A stretch of DNA of 62,803 nucleotides, counting the filler, from Bradymonadales bacterium (GTDB lineage Bacteria; Bdellovibrionota; UBA2394): the NCBI GenBank assembly GCA_007693605.1. It is 5 parts of 5 records of this genome, joined end to end, with 100 filler letters (N's around TTAATTAATTAA, not from the genome) between each part and the next. Parts side by side here need not be neighbours in the genome. Positions count along the whole stretch, not along the records: positions 50,777 to 62,803 come from REDG01000041.1; 4 more parts are not named here. The stretch is one strand, 5' to 3'. Positions 57,969-62,803 of the stretch are shown in pieces. Below the pieces are notes generated by a model that did not search any database, was not told the DNA's origin, and saw only the letters and a program-made list of their open reading frames with translations. The first letter of the stretch is position 1. Every line of letters begins with the position of its first letter. Position numbers and translations under genes: made by a program.

Positions 57969-59233
57969 GTGTTGAACCGGAAAGCCTGAAGAAGCCAAAA
58001 ATTCTTGTGGTCGATGACGAGCTTTCGATGGTTCGCTCACTAGAGCTTCTACTTCGACCTCTCGGAGATGTGATCAAAGCTTATTCGGTGCCAGAGGCCG
58101 AAGAGTTTCTCGATCAAAGTGTAGATTGTATTGTCACGGATGTTTCCATGCCCGAGGCGAGTGGCTTGAAACTCTTGGATAGCTTTCGGTCTCGGCAACC
58201 GGACCTGCCGATTATTATCATGACGGCTTATTCTTCCGTGCCAGAGGCGGTAGAGGCCATTCAGCGAGGTGCCTACGAGTATCTGACGAAGCCCTTCTCA
58301 AACGAAGAAATGCTGGCCGTGGTGAAAGCGGCCATTCAGCGGCGAGGCCTGTTGGCGGGAGAGACGCGACAACTGCCGGAGGGTTGGGTTTGCAACAGCA
58401 TCAAAATGAGAGAGTTCTTGTCAAAGGCTGAAAGGCTTGTTGAAAGCTCCCAGCCTGTTTTGATTTTCGGGCAGACAGGATCTGGAAAGAGGCGGGCGGC
58501 TCGGTGGATTGCAGAGAGACGAGGGGCCTTGAAGACTTTTCTGAGCGTGGAGTACCCTCCGAGAGAGGAGTCCCATCCCATTCTGGAGTCCAGTATTGAA
58601 AAGTATAGCGACTTGTATCTTGCCGAGGTTTTTAGTTTGTCGCCAAGACTTCAGGATCGTCTCATGCAGTTGGTTGAAGAAAAGGGAGTTCGCTTGATTG
58701 CGGGCAGCAGTTCTGCGCCTGAGTTGCAAGGGGGAGAGGCCTTTCGAGAGGATTTGAGAGAACTTCTTCAGAGGCAAGTCTTGCGCCTTCCGTCTCTGGA
58801 GGAGAGGCGAGAAGATGTTGAGGCCGTATGTCAACAGCTGCTCGAAGCCATGCGTGCTGAAATGCGAATGCCTCAATTGAAGTTAGACGAAGAGGCCTTG
58901 GCCGCTCTGGGCTCTCATCGCTTCGTTGAGAATTTTCGGGAGCTTGAGAGGATTCTGCAGCGAGCGGCCATTGAATCAAAGACAGGCTTGATTCGCAAAG
59001 GCGATCTGCAATTTCGCGAGACGGACTTAGATCAGATTTTACCTTTCTCTATTCCTGTAGAACAGGGTTGGGGGCGTTTGGAGTTCTTGTATCGAGGCTT
59101 AGAGAAGGAATTGATCGAGAGAGCCGTGAAGAAATACCCTGAGGCTTCGAATACACAAATTGCTTCCATATTGGGAACGACTCGTCGTATTCTTGAACTT
59201 CGAATGAAGTCATACGATATCCAAGAGTCTTAG
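57965..59233 (+). CDS. NtrC-like response regulator with degenerate AAA+ domain
   Basis: REC (VVDDE, VTDVSMP, KPF); GQTGSGK; no GAFTGA; Fis-like HTH. Confidence 0.85.
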   Translation: MSVEPESLKKPKILVVDDELSMVRSLELLLRPLGDVIKAYSVPEAEEFLDQSVDCIVTDVSMPEASGLKLLDSFRSRQPDLPIIIMTAYSSVPEAVEAIQRGAYEYLTKPFSNEEMLAVVKAAIQRRGLLAGETRQLPEGWVCNSIKMREFLSKAERLVESSQPVLIFGQTGSGKRRAARWIAERRGALKTFLSVEYPPREESHPILESSIEKYSDLYLAEVFSLSPRLQDRLMQLVEEKGVRLIAGSSSAPELQGGEAFREDLRELLQRQVLRLPSLEERREDVEAVCQQLLEAMRAEMRMPQLKLDEEALAALGSHRFVENFRELERILQRAAIESKTGLIRKGDLQFRETDLDQILPFSIPVEQGWGRLEFLYRGLEKELIERAVKKYPEASNTQIASILGTTRRILELRMKSYDIQES

Positions 59234-59239
59234 AAGGAA

Positions 59240-60151
59240 GTGATGCGGCGGATTTTGAGTTTAGGAGTATGGGGTGGGTGTTGCGCGGTCGTGCTTGGCT
59301 GTCTTCTCTCGTTTCAAAGTTTTTTGGGGGCTCAAGACCGAGATCCTTTTGAAGAGCTCGATCAGTGGGAAGAGCCTGAATATGAGTGGGATGAGCCCGA
59401 AGTGGTCGACCAGGGAGAACCTTGGAGGCCTTCTGAGCCATCGCCAGAGTTTGAGTCAGATTTTGAGGATGAGGCCTTTGAAGAGGAGTTTCCTGCAGAA
59501 GAGGCGGCGCCTCCAGCTCCCCGACCCCCTCAGCCCGGGCGAGTCGATGACTTTCTTCCGGAAGACACAGATTCTCGACCGAGTCCTAGCTTAGACCCAG
59601 GCCTTCGATTTCCTGAGAGAGAGCGACTTCGGGGGCCGGTCTCGGAGGATTTCTTGAGGCGTGAGGAGCCCACAGCGGAGATTTCTCCGGCCGAGACTTG
59701 GCATATTGGATTTCGTACCGGGGTCGCACCGGGTTTGAAAGACAGGAAGGGCCAGGCTTATCTGGAGATCGACGGAGGCTATCGATTTAATCGAAACTTT
59801 GAACTGAGCGGCATTTTGCATTATCGCACGATTGAGGATCGGGTTTTGACCGTTTTGGTTTTGCCCTCTTATCGCTTCATTCTCTGGCGGGGTCGCAACT
59901 TAGGCTTAGACCTTCGGCTCGGATTGGGAACGGGCTGGAGTCTGCGAGGCATTCAAGGCAATGACTTTCAGTTCGGACATTTTCCCATCAGAACTCATAT
60001 TGGCCTCATCTTTTACACCCCTCAGGGCTTTGCCGTCATGGCCGCGCTCGACACAGAGAGCTTTCTCTGGGAGACGGAAACCGGAGGAGATTCAGGCTCG
60101 AAGTTTCAGTCGCAGGGCTTGTTAGGGGTGGGCCTCCGTTTTGAGTTTTAG
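59240..60151 (+). CDS. Outer-membrane beta-barrel protein with acidic Pro-rich N-terminal extension
   Basis: Signal peptide; E/D/P-rich region; amphipathic strands ending GVGLRFEF. Confidence 0.7.
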   Translation: MMRRILSLGVWGGCCAVVLGCLLSFQSFLGAQDRDPFEELDQWEEPEYEWDEPEVVDQGEPWRPSEPSPEFESDFEDEAFEEEFPAEEAAPPAPRPPQPGRVDDFLPEDTDSRPSPSLDPGLRFPERERLRGPVSEDFLRREEPTAEISPAETWHIGFRTGVAPGLKDRKGQAYLEIDGGYRFNRNFELSGILHYRTIEDRVLTVLVLPSYRFILWRGRNLGLDLRLGLGTGWSLRGIQGNDFQFGHFPIRTHIGLIFYTPQGFAVMAALDTESFLWETETGGDSGSKFQSQGLLGVGLRFEF

Positions 60152-60263
60152 AGGCTGGCGCTTATCGCCAGTCTCATGAAGCGCTAAGGGCCCATCTGCA
60201 TTGCGGTCGTGTTTCTAAAGTTCGCCCGATATTCAATTTGTCTTGATTTCCTAGCGCAGCCCT

Positions 60264-62720
60264 GTGGTAGCGTCGACTAGGGTTAGGCTTAATTCATGTT
60301 GGGGATGGGTGTTGATCGGTCGATTTTTTGCATCTAAATATTCGTTCATTTTTTTTCTCCTGCTGAGTTTGGGCTGGTTTCAGGCGACCGATGCTTGTGT
60401 ACCCGCTCTCACAGATTTGGGTTTAAATGGCGCGACTGCCAGTCTCGCGGAAGTCGAAGCCCAAGTGAAAGAGAGAACGAGGCCTTTCTTATTCGGACAG
60501 CCCGAGCTGATTTCTGCGAGTGGCCGACAGTCGGCCACAGCCTCTCTTGAACGGCCTTTTATCAATGAGATTTTTCGGGCCTTTGCTCAAGCGGCCCGAG
60601 AGGACTTGAGTAACCTGGGATCGGCTTGGCTTCGAGCCTATCAAGAGCAGATCAAACTAGAAAAAGAACTTCACCGACGAGAAGAGGCAGCTCGTCAGGA
60701 GGAGATTTTGAAGTTAGGTGCTCAGGCCGAAGACATTGGCCGTCACATTCTTCAAGTTCGGGAGGGGATCAATCAACAGGAATCGGGGCAGGCCTCCTCT
60801 CGCCAATTGGAGCGTCTAGACAAACTACAGAGAGCCAAGACCGAGATTGAGAGAGAGATCGCTCGCCTGAAGGAAGAAGGTCATCGAGAGATGTCACAGG
60901 AGCCTTCCGACCGCCTACAAAGGGCTACCGAAGTTTTAGAGTTCTCTGCGGCCTATGAAGGCCAGTCCGGCAGGTCGGGGGCTTGGGATTCTAGCGAAGC
61001 AAGACGAAGGGCTGCTCATGTTCTAATTGAAGGGGCGGTCGTGAAGCTTCAAGCCGCAGACTTAGAGAGGGCGAAGACCGAGGCGGAGCGCCTGGGAGCA
61101 GCAGAGTGGAAAGGCTCACGGGTCTCCTTTGACGGAATCTTACAGGAAGAGTTCAAAAAGTTTTTAGAGGCCTTGGAGGCAAAGTTCCTTTTGATCGAGA
61201 TTAACTTTGAACGACAAGATTTCGGAATCCGATGGCAGTTGTTTGACGAGCTTCTTGAGAAAGCCTTCCGAGATTTCAAGTTTCGACTGCAAGAGGAGCT
61301 AGCTTTGGTTCTCGACCCCTCTATCCTGTTTCATGATTCGATTCGGAGCACGGCTTGGGAGCTAGAAATGAGAAATCTTCAGGCGCTTATCCCTGAAACG
61401 AGGATCAACAGCTTTCGACCGCAGTGGGTGAACGATGGGCTGGAGCTTTCGGTGGGCCAGGGTTTACTGGCGCGCTACGAACCCAAGATTGGAAGCATGA
61501 TCGTCTATCCCAAAGATGGCCTCTTTTCGATTCAAGCTCCCTTGGTGATTAAGCTCCACGGGGACGGCACCACTCAGTCGAATGCAGGCAGCTGGCGTTC
61601 GGTTCAACCGCTGTTTAAGAGTTTTGGTTTGAATAGCGTAGCTCTTGCTCTGCCGAATTCGGGACCGATTCCATCGGTGGCGACTTCCTTCGAAAGTCCC
61701 GAGGCCATCGCCGCCTATCTTCAATTTGTTTTCGAGTATCTAAGGGACGAAGATCCTGAAGACCGACCCTTCATTGCTTTAGGCCGCTCTGCCGGATCCA
61801 CTAAGGCCGGGCTGCATTTCTTGCTCTACGAGATTTTGTATCCTTCGGCTGGCGAAGTCAGTGATCAGAGATCGGCGCCAGATGCTCTCATTCTCAGCTC
61901 TCATTCCAATCCTCGAACGGTCGAAGAGCAAGTGGTTGAGGTCTTTCGCTCAGCCGGGCTCGGGCTTTTCGAGGTCGTGCCAGAGTCTTTAGAGAGCTTT
62001 CGAGAGCTTTCCAGGGATTACCTGGAGCTTCTTGAGAAGCTTCGAGAGAACAATCCTTCGATTTTCTATCAGACACAGGGGGCCTTTGATCGCGTTCTTT
62101 ATCTGCAAGGAGTTTCAGACGAAGACGCCGCGGGCGCTGGCCAAGGCGTCGTACAGGAGGCCATCAAGTTCGCCGAAGACTTTATGCCGAGTTCTCATGT
62201 CATTGTTTATGAGAATCCCTTAGCCGATCCCGACCGCTACCCAGAGATCATGGATGAGAAGGGAGAAATTGATTATTCAAAAGTATCTCCAGACCTCATG
62301 GAGGCGACTCACTTTCTTGTAAGCTCGCATGCCGATATGAGTATGGCCGATTGGCAGAGATTGTATCCCAACATCAAGATTCGAGAAGAGGATGTGCCCA
62401 AACTCAGAACTCAAGCCCTTCAGACCCTGGCCGTTCACTATCTCTTTCTGGATTATTTGGCGGACCTGAGCCCGTATCGCACCCAAGGGCGGGGTCAAGA
62501 AGTAGCGGATCGAATTCAGAGCTTTCGACAGTTGCAAACCAAGGGAGAGGGGACCTACCGAGATTGGTTTTTGGATTTGTTGATTCACAAAAAGAAGATC
62601 AAGTCTCGAGAAGACTATGAAAATGCAGAGGCTTCGATGCGCGGTACTTTGGCCCAGAGAATAAAGGCGATGGAGCATTACTTTCTGTCTGCGGCTCGGC
62701 AGAGAATGACTAGGGACTAG
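60264..62720 (+). CDS. Secreted protein: coiled-coil region plus alpha/beta hydrolase domain
   Basis: Signal-like N-terminus; heptad-rich region; IKLHGDG and ALGRSAG (GxSxG). Confidence 0.7.
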   Translation: MVASTRVRLNSCWGWVLIGRFFASKYSFIFFLLLSLGWFQATDACVPALTDLGLNGATASLAEVEAQVKERTRPFLFGQPELISASGRQSATASLERPFINEIFRAFAQAAREDLSNLGSAWLRAYQEQIKLEKELHRREEAARQEEILKLGAQAEDIGRHILQVREGINQQESGQASSRQLERLDKLQRAKTEIEREIARLKEEGHREMSQEPSDRLQRATEVLEFSAAYEGQSGRSGAWDSSEARRRAAHVLIEGAVVKLQAADLERAKTEAERLGAAEWKGSRVSFDGILQEEFKKFLEALEAKFLLIEINFERQDFGIRWQLFDELLEKAFRDFKFRLQEELALVLDPSILFHDSIRSTAWELEMRNLQALIPETRINSFRPQWVNDGLELSVGQGLLARYEPKIGSMIVYPKDGLFSIQAPLVIKLHGDGTTQSNAGSWRSVQPLFKSFGLNSVALALPNSGPIPSVATSFESPEAIAAYLQFVFEYLRDEDPEDRPFIALGRSAGSTKAGLHFLLYEILYPSAGEVSDQRSAPDALILSSHSNPRTVEEQVVEVFRSAGLGLFEVVPESLESFRELSRDYLELLEKLRENNPSIFYQTQGAFDRVLYLQGVSDEDAAGAGQGVVQEAIKFAEDFMPSSHVIVYENPLADPDRYPEIMDEKGEIDYSKVSPDLMEATHFLVSSHADMSMADWQRLYPNIKIREEDVPKLRTQALQTLAVHYLFLDYLADLSPYRTQGRGQEVADRIQSFRQLQTKGEGTYRDWFLDLLIHKKKIKSREDYENAEASMRGTLAQRIKAMEHYFLSAARQRMTRD

Positions 62721-62803
62721 TCGAGGGGGGCCTCTCGCCAAACTCTGAATTCGGGAGTGGCGATAAGGGTCCAGATGCGAGAAGGCAAGGAGCGAGCATC
62801 GCA

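Overview
This is not one continuous locus. It is five ~12-13 kb scaffold pieces joined by an artificial 100-bp N/TTAATTAATTAA linker (12810-12909, 25667-25766, 38326-38425, 50677-50776), typical of a concatenated MAG, so gene order across linkers means nothing. Gene content suggests a Gram-negative, deltaproteobacterial/Bdellovibrionota-like bacterium with many secreted orphan proteins (inference only). Piece 1: a ~140-bp imperfect palindromic repeat array, secreted orphans (one a signal-peptide-bearing nucleotidyltransferase), an Fe3+-type ABC transporter, a divergent flagellin with seven FG-GAP repeats, and an AAA/DUF4143 ATPase bracketed by 37-bp direct repeats. Piece 2: a surface-polysaccharide locus (rfbA, rfbB, wecE, WecF/WecD-like, AglQ-like, methyltransferases, CapK-like, ABC exporter). 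Piece 3: BrnA, hydrolases, bolA, acyl-CoA ligase, surE, apaG, and tRNA-Val followed by a probable decaying island. Piece 4: a tRNA-fMet-associated integrative element (integrase, Xis, AAA replicase, small-terminase-like gene; satellite-like) with AbiE, a Cas4-like nuclease and type III R-M; arm-type repeats lie on both sides of the tRNA. Piece 5: hutH, hutU, priA, a two-component pair with a degenerate sigma54 activator, and secreted/outer-membrane proteins. The best candidates for new biology are the propeller-bearing flagellin, the attP-like satellite/defence element and the palindromic repeat array. All calls come from reading motifs by eye; no searches were run.
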